Shown: positions 1-22,844 of the stretch, in pieces
Position numbering within the stretch: position 1 is the first letter of the stretch
How the letters are laid out: each line of letters opens with the position of its first letter
NCBI GenBank assembly: GCA_964291395.2
Contig: OZ219856.1
Span: 2,432,001-2,496,000 of the forward strand
Length of the DNA stretch: 64,000 nt
From: Alphaproteobacteria bacterium
GTDB lineage: Bacteria; Pseudomonadota; Alphaproteobacteria; UBA2966
Reading direction: 5' to 3'
Position numbers and translations under genes: made by a program
Notes under the pieces: generated by a model
Seen by the model: only the letters and a program-made list of their open reading frames with translations
The model's database searches: none
What the model was told of the DNA's origin: nothing

Positions 1-309
1 GTATGCGGTCTCGTCGTCGGAATAGCGCAGCAGTGCCAGGAATGCAGAGCGATTGGGATCGTATTCGAGACGCTCCACCTTGGCCGGCACGCCGAATTTG
101 CGCCGCTCGAAATCGACGATACGATAGCGTTGTTTGTGCCCACCGCCGATGCGGCGTGCGGTGATCCGGCCGCTGTTGTTCCGGCCACCGGTCTTGGACT
201 TGCCTTCCGTCAGCGATTTGACCGGCTTTCCCCTCCACAAATCGGAACGGTCGACCAGCACCAGTTGGCGCCGGGACGGCGTCATCGGCCTGTATGATTT
301 CAGTGCCAT
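1..309 (-). CDS. rplB: 50S ribosomal protein L2, 5' part (runs off window start)
   Basis: Reverse strand from ATG at 309 reads [36 protein letters not shown]...[10 protein letters not shown]...[39 protein letters not shown]; follows rplW in S10 order. Confidence 0.95.
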   Translation of the reverse strand, partial: MALKSYRPMTPSRRQLVLVDRSDLWRGKPVKSLTEGKSKTGGRNNSGRITARRIGGGHKQRYRIVDFERRKFGVPAKVERLEYDPNRSAFLALLRYSDDETAY

Positions 310-312
310 CCC

Positions 313-621
313 TCAAATCCCCGTCGTCACGTCGATGGATTGGCCTTCCTCCAGCGAGACGATTGCCTTTTTGTAGGCCGCGCGACGGCCCGGACGCCCA
401 CGGAATCGCTTTTGCTTGCCCCGCTGACGCAGCGTGTTCACGGCTTTCACCTTGACCTCGAACAGGTCCTCGATGGCAGCCTTGATCTCCGGCTTCGTGG
501 CATCCATGGCGACCCTGAACGTCACCTGGGCATGTTCCGAGCCAAAGGTCGACTTCTCCGTAATCACCGGACTGCGGATGATATCGTACATGCGTTCCCG
601 GGAAATCTTCGCGGACCTCAT
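313..621 (-). CDS. rplW: 50S ribosomal protein L23
   Basis: SPVITEKST...[23 protein letters not shown]...KKAIVSL motifs; S10 operon position. Confidence 0.97.
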   Translation of the reverse strand: MRSAKISRERMYDIIRSPVITEKSTFGSEHAQVTFRVAMDATKPEIKAAIEDLFEVKVKAVNTLRQRGKQKRFRGRPGRRAAYKKAIVSLEEGQSIDVTTGI

Positions 622-1238
622 AACAGCCGAGCCTCCAAGTGCTCGACGGCAGCCTTCGTCAACACCAGCGTGTCACGGCGAAGAATGTCGTAGACGTTCG
701 CGCCCTGTTGGGGCAGCACATCGAATTGCGGAATATTCGACGCCGCGTACCGGAAATTCGCGTCAACCTCGGGACCGTCGATAACCAGCGCGGACCCCCA
801 TCCCAGTTTCGCCAGTTTTGCGGCAAGTGAGTTGGTTCTTGGCGCGTCGAGCTTCGCCTCGTCGATGACCACCAGTTTGCCACCCACCGCCTTGGCGGAC
901 AGCGCGGTGCGCAAGCCCAGCTTCCGAACCTTTTTCGGCAAACTGATGGCGTGATCCCGCACGACCGGCCCGAAGGTGACGGCACCACCGCGGAACTGCG
1001 GCGACCGGCGACTGCCGTGGCGAGCGCGTCCGGTGCCCTTTTGCCGCCAGGGCTTCGCCGTAGTGCCGCTGATCTCGCTGATCCCGCGCGTCTTGTGCGT
1101 CCCCGCCCGCCGTTTAGCCAACTGCCACTTCACGACCCGATTGAGGATATCGGCACGTACGGGCACGCCGAAAACCTCATCATTGAGTTCCACCGTGCCG
1201 GCGGACTCGGAGTCAAGCGTGGTTACCTCGGCCTGCAT
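618..1238 (-). CDS. rplD: 50S ribosomal protein L4
   Basis: [25 protein letters not shown]4 signature. Confidence 0.98.
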   Translation of the reverse strand: MQAEVTTLDSESAGTVELNDEVFGVPVRADILNRVVKWQLAKRRAGTHKTRGISEISGTTAKPWRQKGTGRARHGSRRSPQFRGGAVTFGPVVRDHAISLPKKVRKLGLRTALSAKAVGGKLVVIDEAKLDAPRTNSLAAKLAKLGWGSALVIDGPEVDANFRYAASNIPQFDVLPQQGANVYDILRRDTLVLTKAAVEHLEARLL

Positions 1239-1243
1239 CGACC

Positions 1244-2011
1244 CTATTCCTTGCCCTCGCCGTCTCCGGCGGCCCCCGGTTCGTCCTCGGACGCGGGCTC
1301 TTCCGCTGCCTCACCGGCGACATCTGCCACCGCCGCGACACCCTTCAGGCCCGCAGGCAGCGGAACATCGTCAGGAGATTTCCGCTTCTTCGCATCAGTG
1401 ACGCGAATCCAACCTCCCTTGGCGCCCGGCACACCGCCCTTGACGAGGATCAATCCTTCTTCCGGATCGGTCGACACGACCTCGAGGCTTTGCACCGTTA
1501 CCCGTTCCGCACCGAGGTGCCCTGCCATTTTCTTACCTTTGAACACCTTGCCAGGATCCTGGCATTGCCCGGTGGAACCGTGTGCGCGGTGTGAGACCGA
1601 AACACCATGACTGGCAGCCAAGCCGCCAAAATTGTGCCTCTTGATGACGCCGGCAAATCCCTTGCCGATGCTGACCCCGCAAACATCGACGAACTGTCCA
1701 GCCACGAAGTGATTGGCCGCGAGCTCGGCGCCTACCTCCACCATATTGTCGCCGGACACCCGAAACTCGGTGACCTTCCGTTTGGGCTCCACTTGGGCCT
1801 TCACGAAATGCCCGCGCATGGCCTTCGAGACGTTCTTAACCTTGGCCGTCCCCGCGCCGAGCTGGACGGCGTCGTAACCGTGCGTCTCCATGGTCCGCTG
1901 CGCGACCACTTGGCAACCGTCCACCTTGAGGACCGTCACAGGCACATGTTGCCCATCACCTTGAAAGACCCGGGACATCCCGACCTTGCGCGCGATGATA
2001 CCAGTACGCAT
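1244..2011 (-). CDS. rplC: 50S ribosomal protein L3 (acidic C-terminal extension)
   Basis: [13 protein letters not shown]...[34 protein letters not shown]. Confidence 0.98.
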   Translation of the reverse strand: MRTGIIARKVGMSRVFQGDGQHVPVTVLKVDGCQVVAQRTMETHGYDAVQLGAGTAKVKNVSKAMRGHFVKAQVEPKRKVTEFRVSGDNMVEVGAELAANHFVAGQFVDVCGVSIGKGFAGVIKRHNFGGLAASHGVSVSHRAHGSTGQCQDPGKVFKGKKMAGHLGAERVTVQSLEVVSTDPEEGLILVKGGVPGAKGGWIRVTDAKKRKSPDDVPLPAGLKGVAAVADVAGEAAEEPASEDEPGAAGDGEGKE

Positions 2012-2019
2012 GCTCGCCC

Positions 2020-2328
2020 TCAGACCTTGATCTCGACGTCGACGCCCGCCGCGAGATCAAGCTTCATCAACGCGTCAACGGTTTCCGGTGTTGGATCGAC
2101 GATATCGAGAAGACGACGGTGCGTGCGCATCTCGAATTGCTCCCGGGACTTCTTGTCGATGTGAGGCGACCGCAGAACTGTGTAGCGTTCAATCTTCGTG
2201 GGGAGTGGGATGGGCCCGCGGACCCGAGCCCCCGTCCGTTTCGCCGTATTGAGTATTTCGCTCGCCGAAACGTCGAGCACCCGATGATCGTACGCCTTGA
2301 GGCGTATGCGGATGTTCTGGCTCATCAT
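2020..2328 (-). CDS. rpsJ: 30S ribosomal protein S10
   Basis: [14 protein letters not shown]...[18 protein letters not shown]. Confidence 0.98.
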   Translation of the reverse strand: MMSQNIRIRLKAYDHRVLDVSASEILNTAKRTGARVRGPIPLPTKIERYTVLRSPHIDKKSREQFEMRTHRRLLDIVDPTPETVDALMKLDLAAGVDVEIKV

Positions 2329-2374
2329 GGTCTTTATCCCCCGCGAAATTCACGTATTGGTGTTCGCGGCAACC

Positions 2375-3565
<1,191 letters not shown>

Positions 3566-3617
3566 CGCTAATCTCCAATTGCACCCTTCCTCGCGTTACT
3601 CCGTCTGCGACTCCCGG

Positions 3618-5693
3618 TCATGCCAGTTTCGCGCGAACCTCGTCAGACACCGCCTGAGGCACTTGGTCGTAATGATCGAAGGTCATCGTGAACTGGGCCC
3701 GACCTTGGGTCATTGACCGCAAGTTATTGACGTATCCGAACATATTGGCGAGCGGGACCATCGCCGTGATGACCTGGGCATTGCCCCGCTGCGTCGTTCC
3801 GGTGACATTTCCGCGCCGCGAGTTGAGATCGCCGATCACGTCACCCATGAACTCCTCGGGGGTCACCACTTCGACATCCATCACGGGTTCGAGCAGTTTT
3901 ATGCCGAGCTTCGGGGCCGCCTCGCGAAATGCGGAACGCGCGGCAATCTCAAAAGCCATCACCGATGAATCGACGTCGTGCGACGCTCCGTCGACAAGCG
4001 TCGCCTTGAAATCGATGATCGGGAATCCAGCCAGGAGACCGGACTCAGCCACAGAGACGAGCCCCGTTTGCACGCCGGGGATGAATTCCTTCGGAACGCT
4101 GCCGCCGACGACTCGGCTTTCGAATTCGACATCGGAACCGGCGGGCAAGGGCTTGAACTCGATCCTCACGCGGGCGAATTGACCAGCACCTCCTGTCTGC
4201 TTCCGGTGCGTGTAGTCGATTTCACCGGCCCGGGTGATGGTCTCCCGGTAGGCGACCTGCGGTGCGCCGACATTGCCGTCGACCTTGAATTCCCGCTTCA
4301 TGCGGTCGACGATGATCTCAAGGTGCAGTTCGCCCATCCCCTTGATGATGGTTTGGCCGCTTTCGGGATCGGTCGATACGCGGAACGAAGGATCCTCCTC
4401 GGCAAGACGGGAGAGCGCCACGCTCATCTTTTCCTGGTCGTTCTTCGTGCGGGGTTCCACCGCCACCTCGATGACTGGATCCGGGAAATCCATCCGCTCC
4501 AGTACGACCGGGTGGTTGGGATCGCATAACGTATCGCCCGTGGAAGTGCCCTTGAGTCCGGCAAGCGCGATGATGTCGCCGGCCCTGGCCTCTTGGATGT
4601 CTTCCCGACGGTTGGCATGCATGGCCAGCATGCGACCGACGCGCTCGCGCCGTTCCTTGACGGGATTGAGGATCGCGCTGCCGGCCGACACTACACCGGA
4701 ATAGATTCGGATGAACGTGAGGCTGCCGACGAAAGGATCGGTCATCACCTTGAATGCAAGGGCTGCGAAGGGCTCGTCATCACTGGACTCGCGTGTGATT
4801 CGCTCGTTCACCGCCGACTTGACACCGCTGACCGCCGCGACGTCCGTCGGCGACGGGAGAAAATCGACCACGGCGTTGAGCAAGGGCTGTACGCCTTTGT
4901 TCTTGAATGCCGAGCCGTTGAGGACCGGCACGAATCGGCCCGAGATCGTCCCGGCTCGCACGCAGGCTCTGAGTGTCGCAGCATCCAGTTCATTGCCCTC
5001 CAGGTACCGCTCCATCGCCGACTCGTCCATCTCAACGGCGAGCTCGACCAGTTTTTCGCGATATACCGCCGCCTGGACCGCCAGATCGTCAGGGATGGCC
5101 CTGATCTCGTACTCGGCGCCGAGGGTTTCTTCCTTCCAGACGATGGCCTTCATCTCGACGAGGTCTATGACCCCGGCGTAGTCGCCGTCGCTGCCCACCG
5201 GCAACTGGATCATCAGCGGCACGGCACCGAGGCGATCCTCGATCATCTGGACACAGTTGAAGAGATCGGCGCCCGTGCGATCCATCTTGTTCACAAAACA
5301 AATGCGCGGCACGCCATATTTGTCGGCCTGCCGCCATACCGTCTCGGATTGTGGCTCAACGCCCGCCACGCCGTCGAACACGGCCACGGCGCCATCGAGG
5401 ACCCTCAGGCTACGCTCGACCTCGATCGTGAAGTCGACGTGACCAGGGGTGTCGATGATGTTGATGCGATGGTTACGCCAGGAACAGGTCGTGGCGGCTG
5501 AGGTAATCGTGATGCCGCGCTCTTGCTCCTGTTCCATCCAATCCATGACGGCGGCACCGTCGTGGACTTCGCCGATCTTGTGAGAACGACCCGTATAGTA
5601 AAGGACACGCTCGGTCGTCGTGGTCTTGCCCGCGTCGATATGGGCCATGATGCCGATGTTTCGGTAACGGTCGAGCGGAGTGACACGCGTCAT
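3618..5693 (-). CDS. fusA: Elongation factor G
   Basis: [27 protein letters not shown]; start re-called at [10 protein letters not shown] (5693) instead of the longer ORF overlapping rpsG. Confidence 0.98.
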   Translation of the reverse strand: MTRVTPLDRYRNIGIMAHIDAGKTTTTERVLYYTGRSHKIGEVHDGAAVMDWMEQEQERGITITSAATTCSWRNHRINIIDTPGHVDFTIEVERSLRVLDGAVAVFDGVAGVEPQSETVWRQADKYGVPRICFVNKMDRTGADLFNCVQMIEDRLGAVPLMIQLPVGSDGDYAGVIDLVEMKAIVWKEETLGAEYEIRAIPDDLAVQAAVYREKLVELAVEMDESAMERYLEGNELDAATLRACVRAGTISGRFVPVLNGSAFKNKGVQPLLNAVVDFLPSPTDVAAVSGVKSAVNERITRESSDDEPFAALAFKVMTDPFVGSLTFIRIYSGVVSAGSAILNPVKERRERVGRMLAMHANRREDIQEARAGDIIALAGLKGTSTGDTLCDPNHPVVLERMDFPDPVIEVAVEPRTKNDQEKMSVALSRLAEEDPSFRVSTDPESGQTIIKGMGELHLEIIVDRMKREFKVDGNVGAPQVAYRETITRAGEIDYTHRKQTGGAGQFARVRIEFKPLPAGSDVEFESRVVGGSVPKEFIPGVQTGLVSVAESGLLAGFPIIDFKATLVDGASHDVDSSVMAFEIAARSAFREAAPKLGIKLLEPVMDVEVVTPEEFMGDVIGDLNSRRGNVTGTTQRGNAQVITAMVPLANMFGYVNNLRSMTQGRAQFTMTFDHYDQVPQAVSDEVRAKLA

Positions 5694-5721
5694 AGGCCTA
5701 CGATCTCCCGAAATCCCGCGA

Positions 5722-6204
<483 letters not shown>

Positions 6205-6576
6205 CTAGCGGGGCCGTTTGGCACCATATTTCGAGCGCCGCTGCCTGCGGTCGCTGATGCCCTGAGTATCGAGTACGCCCCGGATGATGTGATAGCGCAC
6301 GCCCGGCAAATCCTTGACCCGGCCGCCTCGGATCATCACCACCGAATGCTCTTGAAGGTTGTGACCCTCCCCCGGGATGTAGCTGAGGACCTCGAACCCG
6401 TTTGTTAGGCGCACACGGGCAACCTTGCGCAATGCCGAGTTCGGCTTCTTTGGCGTGGTCGTATAGACGCGCGTGCAAACACCTCTCTTTTGGGGACACT
6501 GCTGCATGGCCGGCGTCTTTTTCCGCTTCACCGGACGCGCGCGCGCGTGGCGAATCAACTGATTGACTGTAGGCAT
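6205..6576 (-). CDS. rpsL: 30S ribosomal protein S12
   Basis: [29 protein letters not shown]. Confidence 0.99.
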   Translation of the reverse strand: MPTVNQLIRHARARPVKRKKTPAMQQCPQKRGVCTRVYTTTPKKPNSALRKVARVRLTNGFEVLSYIPGEGHNLQEHSVVMIRGGRVKDLPGVRYHIIRGVLDTQGISDRRQRRSKYGAKRPR

Positions 6577-6748
6577 CCTGCTTCTTCCCGGCGTCGGCCG
6601 CTGTCAAACGCGCAATAGCAAGCGACTGCGACACGCTCGCTTGACGGGTGTTCTTCGCCCACCCGCTGGGCCTGGCGAATTGTTATCTCCTGGTCTTCGT
6701 CAACGCGTCTAGACGGGACCGCCCACCACCGCCGACGAGAGAGCGCGC

Positions 6749-6777
6749 ACTATAGGTACGCCCATATGACGCGTCAA
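6749..6777 (-). promoter_or_regulatory. sigma70 promoter of str operon
   Basis: Minus strand TTGACG-17 nt-TATAGT about 170 nt upstream of rpsL. Confidence 0.75.
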
Positions 6778-6918
6778 GCGGAAAACCTAGACTTTCCACA
6801 GGGTTATTCAAGACCTTCCGAGGCGCGTCAGGTCCGGGATTTCGGGTAATCGCCTCCCCCGGTTCCCGTGTCTCGAGCGTCCGCAGTCGTGACGGCTGCC
6901 GGTCCCGTCCCGGGCCGG

Positions 6919-15304
<8,386 letters not shown>

Positions 15305-15434
15305 GTGCTCCTGACCCCAGTGGTGTACAGCGTAATTCCAACCGGCCCACGACTGCGGCGCGGGCAACTCCGCCTATCCTCGCCGGCGATGCGGCACGGA
15401 CGATCACGGCCGTCGCCCGTGCCCATCCCGGCAG

Positions 15435-15812
15435 TCACTTCAGCTCGACGGTCGCGCCGGCGCCTTCTAGCTGCTCCTTGATCCGGTCGGCTTCTTCCTT
15501 GGTAGCGCCTTCCTTGACCGGCTTCGGCGCGGCCTCCACCAGATCCTTGGCCTCCTTCAGACCCAATCCAGTGATGGCACGCACCTCCTTGATGACGTTG
15601 ATCTTCTTGTCGCCGAACGACGCCAGAACGATATCGAACGAATCCTGCTCCTCGGCCGTGGCGTCGCCCTCGGCCGGTGCGACCGCGGCAACGGCAGCAA
15701 CGGGTGCCGCCGCGGACACGCCCCACTTGTCTTCCAGCAGTTTGGCCAGCTCCGCCGCCTCGAGGACAGTGAGACCCGACAGTTCTTCGGCGATTTTCTC
15801 GATATCAGCCAT
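15435..15812 (-). CDS. rplL: 50S ribosomal protein L7/L12
   Basis: [22 protein letters not shown]...[24 protein letters not shown]; start re-called at 15812. Confidence 0.97.
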   Translation of the reverse strand: MADIEKIAEELSGLTVLEAAELAKLLEDKWGVSAAAPVAAVAAVAPAEGDATAEEQDSFDIVLASFGDKKINVIKEVRAITGLGLKEAKDLVEAAPKPVKEGATKEEADRIKEQLEGAGATVELK

Positions 15813-15868
15813 TTGATCGTTACTCCTTCGATAGAGCCCGAGGGCCTTGTTGAATCCGTACAGGAGGC

Positions 15869-16387
15869 CTACGCCGCCTCGCTCGATTTGACATGCGCGT
15901 CGATGACGCGAGCGAGCTGACCGGCGGGCGCCTGGAGCACTCCGGCAACCTTGGTGGCCGGTGCGTTGAGCAGGCCAATGATCTTGCCTCTCAGCTCGTC
16001 CAGCGATGGCAAGCTGGCGAGATCCTTCACCGCGTCGGCGTCCAGCACCGTTTCGCCCATCGCCCCACCCAGAACGACGAGTTTGTCGTTCCGTTTGGCG
16101 AAGTTCACGCATGTCTTGGCCGGCGCAACCACGTCATCCGAATATGCGATCGCCACCGGTCCCTCGAACATCTCCGCCAATGACGCGTACGGCGTACCAT
16201 CGAGAGCGAGACGCACGAGCCGGTTCTTGGTCACGCGGAATTCGGCGCCTGCCTCACGCATCTTCCCTCGGAGTTCGTTCATCTCCGTGACGTTCAAACC
16301 GCGATAATGTGTGACTATCACAGCCGCCGCTTTGTTGAGGGTGCGGTTGAGGCCAATGACAACCTCCTCCTTCTCCATTCGGTTCAC
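15869..16387 (-). CDS. rplJ: 50S ribosomal protein L10
   Basis: HYRGLNV..M.ELR...[21 protein letters not shown]. Confidence 0.97.
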   Translation of the reverse strand: MNRMEKEEVVIGLNRTLNKAAAVIVTHYRGLNVTEMNELRGKMREAGAEFRVTKNRLVRLALDGTPYASLAEMFEGPVAIAYSDDVVAPAKTCVNFAKRNDKLVVLGGAMGETVLDADAVKDLASLPSLDELRGKIIGLLNAPATKVAGVLQAPAGQLARVIDAHVKSSEAA

Positions 16388-16544
16388 GCTTGATCTCCCA
16401 ACTCATGGGTCGGGCCGGGTACCCGCCCAACGCACGTCCTGGGTTGCACCAAAGGGCCATCCCATATCCGGATGGCGCCCACGATCCCTGTCCCAGCGGT
16501 CCGAACCGTGTGCATCGGCCCCGTGAGGCCCATACGGATCAACC

Positions 16545-16612
16545 CCCGTCTATGCAGGCGACATCGCCGCCATTACGCCGAAATCCGGCACCTGCAGTCT
16601 TGGACAGGACGG
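16545..16612 (-). promoter_or_regulatory. L10 leader (autoregulatory RNA upstream of rplJ-rplL)
   Basis: Minus strand GTCCAAGACTGCAGG...CCTGCATAGACGG stem in the rplA-rplJ spacer, the position and look of the L10 leader. Confidence 0.65.
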
Positions 16613-16738
16613 TCCCGCCGGCCGGAGCCCGCGGGCCCTCTTCACCCCACCAAGGGTGAAACGCTCCAACTCTTCACATCCCGGCGCGCTCCGCCGGTCA
16701 CCGTTCTCCTCGGGCCATCCGCCGCGTTTGCCTCCGCA

Positions 16739-17434
16739 TCAGGAGACAGCACTCGCGACGTCGACCTTTACACCGGGACCCATGGTCGTGCTCACCGCGA
16801 CTTTCTTCATGTAAGCCCCCTTCGCGCCGCTCGGCTTGGCGCGATTGATGGCGTCAACGAAGGCCTTCAGATTGGCCACCAGCTGATCCTCACTGAAGCT
16901 CGCTTTGCCGATGCCGGCATGAACGATCCCCGCCTTCTCGACCCGAAACTCAACCTGGCCACCCTTCACCGCCTCGACGGCGTCGGCCACGTCGTTGGTC
17001 ACGGTTCCAAGCTTGGGGTTCGGCATGAGGCCGCGCGGGCCCAAGATCTTTCCGAGTTTGCCGACCACGGGCATCATGTCCGGTGTGGCGATACAACGCT
17101 CGAACCCGATTTCGCCGTTCGTCACCCTCTCGGCGAGGTCCTCGGCACCCACGACCTCCGCGCCCGCCGCCCTGGCCTCTTCCGCCTTGTCTCCCTTCGC
17201 GAACACGGCCACACGCACGGATTTGCCGGTGCCATTGGGCAGCGCCGCGACACCCCGCACCATCTGGTCGGCGTGCCGCGGGTCGACGCCGAGATTGATC
17301 GCCACCTCGATCGTCTCATCGAACTTGGTCCCGGCGGCCGCCTTGACGAGCTTGATCGCTTCGTCCGCCTGATAGAACATCTCGCGGTCGATCGACTCCC
17401 GAGCCGCCTTCAGCCGTTTGCCTGTTTGAGCCAT
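16739..17434 (-). CDS. rplA: 50S ribosomal protein L1
   Basis: [41 protein letters not shown]. Confidence 0.98.
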   Translation of the reverse strand: MAQTGKRLKAARESIDREMFYQADEAIKLVKAAAGTKFDETIEVAINLGVDPRHADQMVRGVAALPNGTGKSVRVAVFAKGDKAEEARAAGAEVVGAEDLAERVTNGEIGFERCIATPDMMPVVGKLGKILGPRGLMPNPKLGTVTNDVADAVEAVKGGQVEFRVEKAGIVHAGIGKASFSEDQLVANLKAFVDAINRAKPSGAKGAYMKKVAVSTTMGPGVKVDVASAVS

Positions 17435-17438
17435 CGCG

Positions 17439-17867
17439 CTACTCCATGACCTCGATTCCCATCGACCGGGCCGAGCCGATCAGCATCTGCACCGCGCCAT
17501 CCACGTCGAAGACATTCAGGTCCGGCATCTTCTCTTCGGCGATCTCCTTAACCTGCTGCATGGTGACCTGGCCCACTGTCTCGCGGCCGGCCTCTCCGGC
17601 TCCCTTCTCCAGGCCCGCTGCCCGCTTGAGGTAGAACGACACCGGTGGCTTCTTGGTTTCGAACGTAAAGGACTTGTCGACGAACACTGTGATGACCGTG
17701 GGGAGGGGCATGCCCGGCTCGAGCCCCTGCGTCACCGCGTTGAACGCCTTGCAGAATTCCATGATGTTCAGGCCGCGCTGACCCAGCGCCGGTCCGATGG
17801 GCGGGGAGGGATTGGCCTGCCCCGCCGGAATCTGCAGCTTGATGTAACCTTCGACTTTTTTCGCCAT
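17439..17867 (-). CDS. rplK: 50S ribosomal protein L11
   Basis: [27 protein letters not shown]. Confidence 0.98.
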   Translation of the reverse strand: MAKKVEGYIKLQIPAGQANPSPPIGPALGQRGLNIMEFCKAFNAVTQGLEPGMPLPTVITVFVDKSFTFETKKPPVSFYLKRAAGLEKGAGEAGRETVGQVTMQQVKEIAEEKMPDLNVFDVDGAVQMLIGSARSMGIEVME

Positions 17868-17897
17868 CTCAGACGCTACCCACTCCAGATGTCCGCG

Positions 17898-18428
17898 CTA
17901 GACCTTTTCGACTTGCGAGTACTCGAGTTCCACCGGCGTCGCCCTGCCGAAAATAGAGACCGCAACCTTCAGGCGCGCCCGCTCCTCATCGACCTCTTCC
18001 ACCAAGCCATTGAACGAGGTGAACGGACCGTCGGATACCCTGACCTGCTCGCCTACCTCGAAGATCACGGAGGGCTTCGGCCGTTCGACGCCTTCCTGCA
18101 CTTGATGCATGATGCGCGCGGCTTCGGTGTCGCTGATGGGCGACGGCCGGCCCGCCGGACCCAGGAAGCCCGTCACCTTCGGCGTATTCCTGACGAGGTG
18201 ATAACCCTCGTCGGTCATCTCCATCTTCACCAGCACATAGCCGGGAAAGAATTTCCGCTCCGCGTTCACACGCTGACCACGGCGCATTTCGACGACTTCT
18301 TCCACCGGGACCAGAATCTCGCCGAACATGTCGGACATTTCCAGCGCATCCGCCTGCTCGCGCAAGGACTGCGCAACCTTCTTCTCGAAGCCCGAATAGG
18401 CATGCACCACGTACCACCGCGCCGTCAT
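17898..18428 (-). CDS. nusG: Transcription termination/antitermination factor NusG
   Basis: [25 protein letters not shown] motif [18 protein letters not shown]. Confidence 0.98.
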   Translation of the reverse strand: MTARWYVVHAYSGFEKKVAQSLREQADALEMSDMFGEILVPVEEVVEMRRGQRVNAERKFFPGYVLVKMEMTDEGYHLVRNTPKVTGFLGPAGRPSPISDTEAARIMHQVQEGVERPKPSVIFEVGEQVRVSDGPFTSFNGLVEEVDEERARLKVAVSIFGRATPVELEYSQVEKV

Positions 18429-18432
18429 CCGC

Positions 18433-18630
18433 TCACCCTCCGATCCCGAGAACCATCCGAACGCCGAAGGACAGCACTTGGTCGACCAGAAAGAAGAAAA
18501 TCGCGGCCAACGTGACCATGATGAAAACCATCACCGTCGTGATGCCAGCCTCCTTGCGGGTGGGCCAAGTCACCTTGGAGGTTTCTTGCCGAATCTGCCG
18601 TACGAACTCGCCCGGGCTGGTCTTTGCCAT
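18433..18630 (-). CDS. secE: Preprotein translocase subunit SecE
   Basis: [12 protein letters not shown] plus one TM helix, upstream of nusG. Confidence 0.95.
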   Translation of the reverse strand: MAKTSPGEFVRQIRQETSKVTWPTRKEAGITTVMVFIMVTLAAIFFFLVDQVLSFGVRMVLGIGG

Positions 18631-18694
18631 GTCTACTCCCCACGGCGCGAGCGCTGTTCGCGACCGCTAGTGAACAAACGGGCGGCACCGAAAT

Positions 18695-18770
18695 TGGCAG
18701 GAGTGGCAGGGATCGAACCCGCAACCCCCGGTTTTGGAGACCGGTGCTCTACCAATTGAGCTACACTCCT
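18695..18770 (-). tRNA. tRNA-Trp (CCA)
   Basis: AGGAGTGTAGCTCAATTGGTAGAGCACCGGTCTCCAAAACCGG...GGTTCGATCCCTGCCACTCCTGCCA; 76 nt cloverleaf with encoded CCA. Confidence 0.97.
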
Positions 18771-18846
18771 TTGTTCCAGCGCAGGGCCGGACCGGTGCCC
18801 CGTCAGTCCGGCCTCTGCGTCGCGCGCTGCATCGCGCTGACTGTTC

Positions 18847-20037
<1,191 letters not shown>

Positions 20038-20156
20038 GTTTTGCTCTTTGCTCGACTATCCTTGGAATTCCCAACTCTTGGATTGATCTATCCTGTAACG
20101 AACCATTTCCCGCACCCGATGACCGACAATCTCCGTCGAACGCCTCGCCTCAGAAC

Positions 20157-20230
20157 TGGAGCGGGTGAGGGGAATCGAACCCCCGCGACCAGCTTGGAAG
20201 GCTGGGGCTCTACCACTGAGCTACACCCGC
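20157..20230 (-). tRNA. tRNA-Gly (TCC)
   Basis: GCGGGTGTAGCTCAGTGGTAGAGCCCCAGCCTTCCAAGCTGG...TTCGATTCCCCTCACCCGCTCCA; 74 nt. Confidence 0.96.
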
Positions 20231-20264
20231 GTACCGGCCTCCCACTCACCCAAGCTAAAGAGGA

Positions 20265-20350
20265 TGGTGGAGGGAGTTGGATTCGAACCAACGTAGGCGT
20301 GCGCCAACGGGTTTACAGCCCGTCCCCTTTAGCCACTCGGGCATCCCTCC
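20265..20350 (-). tRNA. tRNA-Tyr (GTA)
   Basis: GGAGGGATGCCCGAGTGGCTAAAGGGGACGGGCTGTAAACCCGT, long variable arm, GGTTCGAATCCAACTCCCTCCACCA; 86 nt. Confidence 0.97.
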
Positions 20351-20387
20351 GGACGACGACGAAAAACCGCGATTTCCGGTTGGCCGC

Positions 20388-20415
20388 ACTATGAGAATCT
20401 GCTGCCTGATGTCAA
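20388..20415 (-). promoter_or_regulatory. sigma70 promoter of tRNA-Tyr/Gly-tuf operon
   Basis: Minus strand TTGACA-16 nt-CATAGT followed by a GC-rich discriminator, typical of stable-RNA promoters. Confidence 0.65.
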
Positions 20416-20516
20416 CTTCAAAAAGACGAACAAACCTACTGGCTGCGGCACATAAATTTCGCCGACAGCGCAAATCTCGATTGTTCGCGATAAAGATTAT
20501 ATGACTGATACCGCTC

Positions 20517-21353
20517 ATGCACAAGCCATCTTCAAGATCTTCGAAATCGAACGAACGTTCGAAGCGTCTGAAATCGCGCCGAAAATCGCATCCGCCAAGC
20601 CGGGAGAACAAGAGTCGAACGGTGTGGCTATACGGGCATCATGCCGTCATGGCCGCGCTCCGGAATCCATCCCGGATCTGTAACGAGCTCTTGCTGACGC
20701 CGGAGGCCTCCGCGCGGTTGTCGGAAACCCTGAATTCGCTGCCTAAGGGTCGGATTCCACCGACGCATGTGGTCAGGGCGACGGACATCGAGGCCGTATT
20801 GTCGCAAGGTGCCGTGCACCAAGGTATCGCCCTCAAGGCCGAACGGCTGCCCGGAGTCACGTTGGAGGAAGCCTGCGTCCCGCGGGACGACGACCGCAAC
20901 GTGGTCGTCGTCTTGGATCACGTCACCGATCCCCGGAACGTGGGTGCGGTGCTGCGCTCCGCCGCGGCGTTCGGTGCCCGTGCCTTGCTGGTCACTGAGC
21001 CGCACGCGCCGGTCGAGAGCGGCAGTCTAGCTAAAGCCGCCTCCGGAGCATTGGATACTCTCCCTTACGTTCGGGTAGCCAATCTCGCTCGCGCGCTGGA
21101 TCGGCTCGCCGGACTGGGATACTGGCGGATCGGCCTCGCCGCCGGGGCGGACTCATCGCTGTCCGAGACGGATCTTTCGGACCATGTCGTACTCGTGCTC
21201 GGCGCGGAGGGCAGTGGTCTTCGGCGGCTCACGGCGGAGAAGTGCGACCAGCTCGCGCGCCTACCGACGCGGGCCGGCTTCCCGGACCTCAACGTATCAA
21301 ACGCCGCCGCGGTGGCTTTGTACGAGGTGACGCGAAGCCTCACCGCACGGTAG
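20517..21353 (+). CDS. rlmB: 23S rRNA G2251 2'-O-methyltransferase (SpoU/TrmH family)
   Basis: LYGHHAV, HQGIAL, LDHVTDPRNVGAVLRSAAAFG, LGAEGSGLRRLT, LNVSNAAAVALYE. Confidence 0.9.
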   Translation: MHKPSSRSSKSNERSKRLKSRRKSHPPSRENKSRTVWLYGHHAVMAALRNPSRICNELLLTPEASARLSETLNSLPKGRIPPTHVVRATDIEAVLSQGAVHQGIALKAERLPGVTLEEACVPRDDDRNVVVVLDHVTDPRNVGAVLRSAAAFGARALLVTEPHAPVESGSLAKAASGALDTLPYVRVANLARALDRLAGLGYWRIGLAAGADSSLSETDLSDHVVLVLGAEGSGLRRLTAEKCDQLARLPTRAGFPDLNVSNAAAVALYEVTRSLTAR

Positions 21354-21360
21354 CGGCTCT

Positions 21361-22755
21361 CTATTCCGCCGCCTGGAGAGTTCGGCCGTCGAGATCGTCG
21401 AGCCGGGACCGGACGTGCACGTCGCGCCGATGGCTCGGCAACTCGTCGGCCTCCATCATGACCGCCAGGACCTTGCGGCCATACTCCGTCACCAATTCGG
21501 CGTCGTCCTTGCCAGGCCGCATCGGAACGTGGAGCACCGAGTCCTGGGTATACATGTGCAGCGTGTCCTTACCGCCAGCGCTGACGGCCCGCGACGTGTC
21601 CGGCCCGGTCTCGCCGCGCACCAGACCGCGCAGCAGCTTGCGGCAGAGATAGACTCCGATATCGGAGCGTCCCGGGTTCTCAAGTGCATGAACGGCGATG
21701 GACCGCTGGCTGGTCAGAGCTTCCCAGTCGCCGGGCGCGCGCTGACCCTCGCCGTAGGGCCGCTCGCACTGGCCCACGAGGAAATCGATCTTGTCGTAAC
21801 CGCAATCCTCTTCGCAACCGTCGTGGTCGGGGTCGACTTCGTCGTTGAAGTGACGCCAGCCGAACATGATCATGTGCGTGTTGTCGACAGGCACGTGCCA
21901 GCGCGACAAGCACATGGTCGAATGCCGTTCGCGCCGGGCGGACGGGAACAACGACCCGATCTGCAGGAAGTTCGGGAACACCATCTCCGTGATGCGAACC
22001 CAAATGGTCTGCTGATCGGGATTGCGCCGGTTGGCGATGAACACGCAGCCGTTCCCGTTGCGGACCGACTCCCAGTCCATGACCGGCATGTCGTTGAATC
22101 CGTCGAGGTTGAGTCCGCTTTTCATGGCGTCGTCGACGCTGTCAACCGTCATGTTCGTGTGCAGCAGGGCCGTATGCATATGGTCCATGATGTTCTCGTA
22201 GACCTGCAGCCAGTTGCACGGATAGATGTTGGAGAACGGCACATATTTGGTCCCCTCCGGCAGATGGAAGCCGTCGTACTCGGGGAAGTCGGGTTTCTCC
22301 TCCGGCGGGCCCATGTAGGCGAACACCAGACCGTGACGCTCGAACGCGGGGTAGGCGCCGTGCACCACCGTGTCGTAGATCTTGCTGTCCTCGGGCTCGG
22401 CCGGCATCTCGAGGATGGTGCCATCGACGTCGTAGACCCAGCCGTGATAGCAGCAGCGGATGCCCCGGGGCTGGATAATGCCGTATTCCAACGAGGTACC
22501 GCGATGGCTGCAGTGCCGCTGAAGCATGCCAATCCGTCCCGAGCGGTCACGGAAGGCGACGAGGTCCTCGCCCATGATGCGGATGGCCTTAGGTACATCG
22601 GTCAGTTCTTCCGACAAGCAGACCGGCTGCCAGAACTTGCGCATCAGATCGCCCATCGGCGTGCCCGGCTGCGTCTCCGTCAGTTCGGGATCATGCGGGG
22701 GAATTTCCCGCTGATGGTAGGCGCCATAGGGCATTTTCCTTTTGCCGCTGCTCAT
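21361..22755 (-). CDS. Rieske non-heme iron oxygenase alpha subunit (phthalate 4,5-dioxygenase/PobA/LigX-like), paralog 1
   Basis: Rieske CSH-x16-CCYH; mononuclear Fe motif ENIMDHMHTALLH; start re-called at MSSGKRK (GGAGG RBS) to match the paralog. Confidence 0.85.
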   Translation of the reverse strand: MSSGKRKMPYGAYHQREIPPHDPELTETQPGTPMGDLMRKFWQPVCLSEELTDVPKAIRIMGEDLVAFRDRSGRIGMLQRHCSHRGTSLEYGIIQPRGIRCCYHGWVYDVDGTILEMPAEPEDSKIYDTVVHGAYPAFERHGLVFAYMGPPEEKPDFPEYDGFHLPEGTKYVPFSNIYPCNWLQVYENIMDHMHTALLHTNMTVDSVDDAMKSGLNLDGFNDMPVMDWESVRNGNGCVFIANRRNPDQQTIWVRITEMVFPNFLQIGSLFPSARRERHSTMCLSRWHVPVDNTHMIMFGWRHFNDEVDPDHDGCEEDCGYDKIDFLVGQCERPYGEGQRAPGDWEALTSQRSIAVHALENPGRSDIGVYLCRKLLRGLVRGETGPDTSRAVSAGGKDTLHMYTQDSVLHVPMRPGKDDAELVTEYGRKVLAVMMEADELPSHRRDVHVRSRLDDLDGRTLQAAE

Positions 22756-22790
22756 TTCCCAGGGCCTCCTTCCACGGATCGGTTGCCTCC

Positions 22791-22819
22791 ATTTTACCAA
22801 GCTCGAATTCGGGGTTCAA
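22791..22819 (-). promoter_or_regulatory. Putative internal sigma70 promoter for Rieske paralog 1
   Basis: Minus strand TTGAAC-17 nt-TAAAAT with TGn extension. Confidence 0.5.
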
Positions 22820-22844
22820 AATAGCACCCGAGACCATAGGCCCG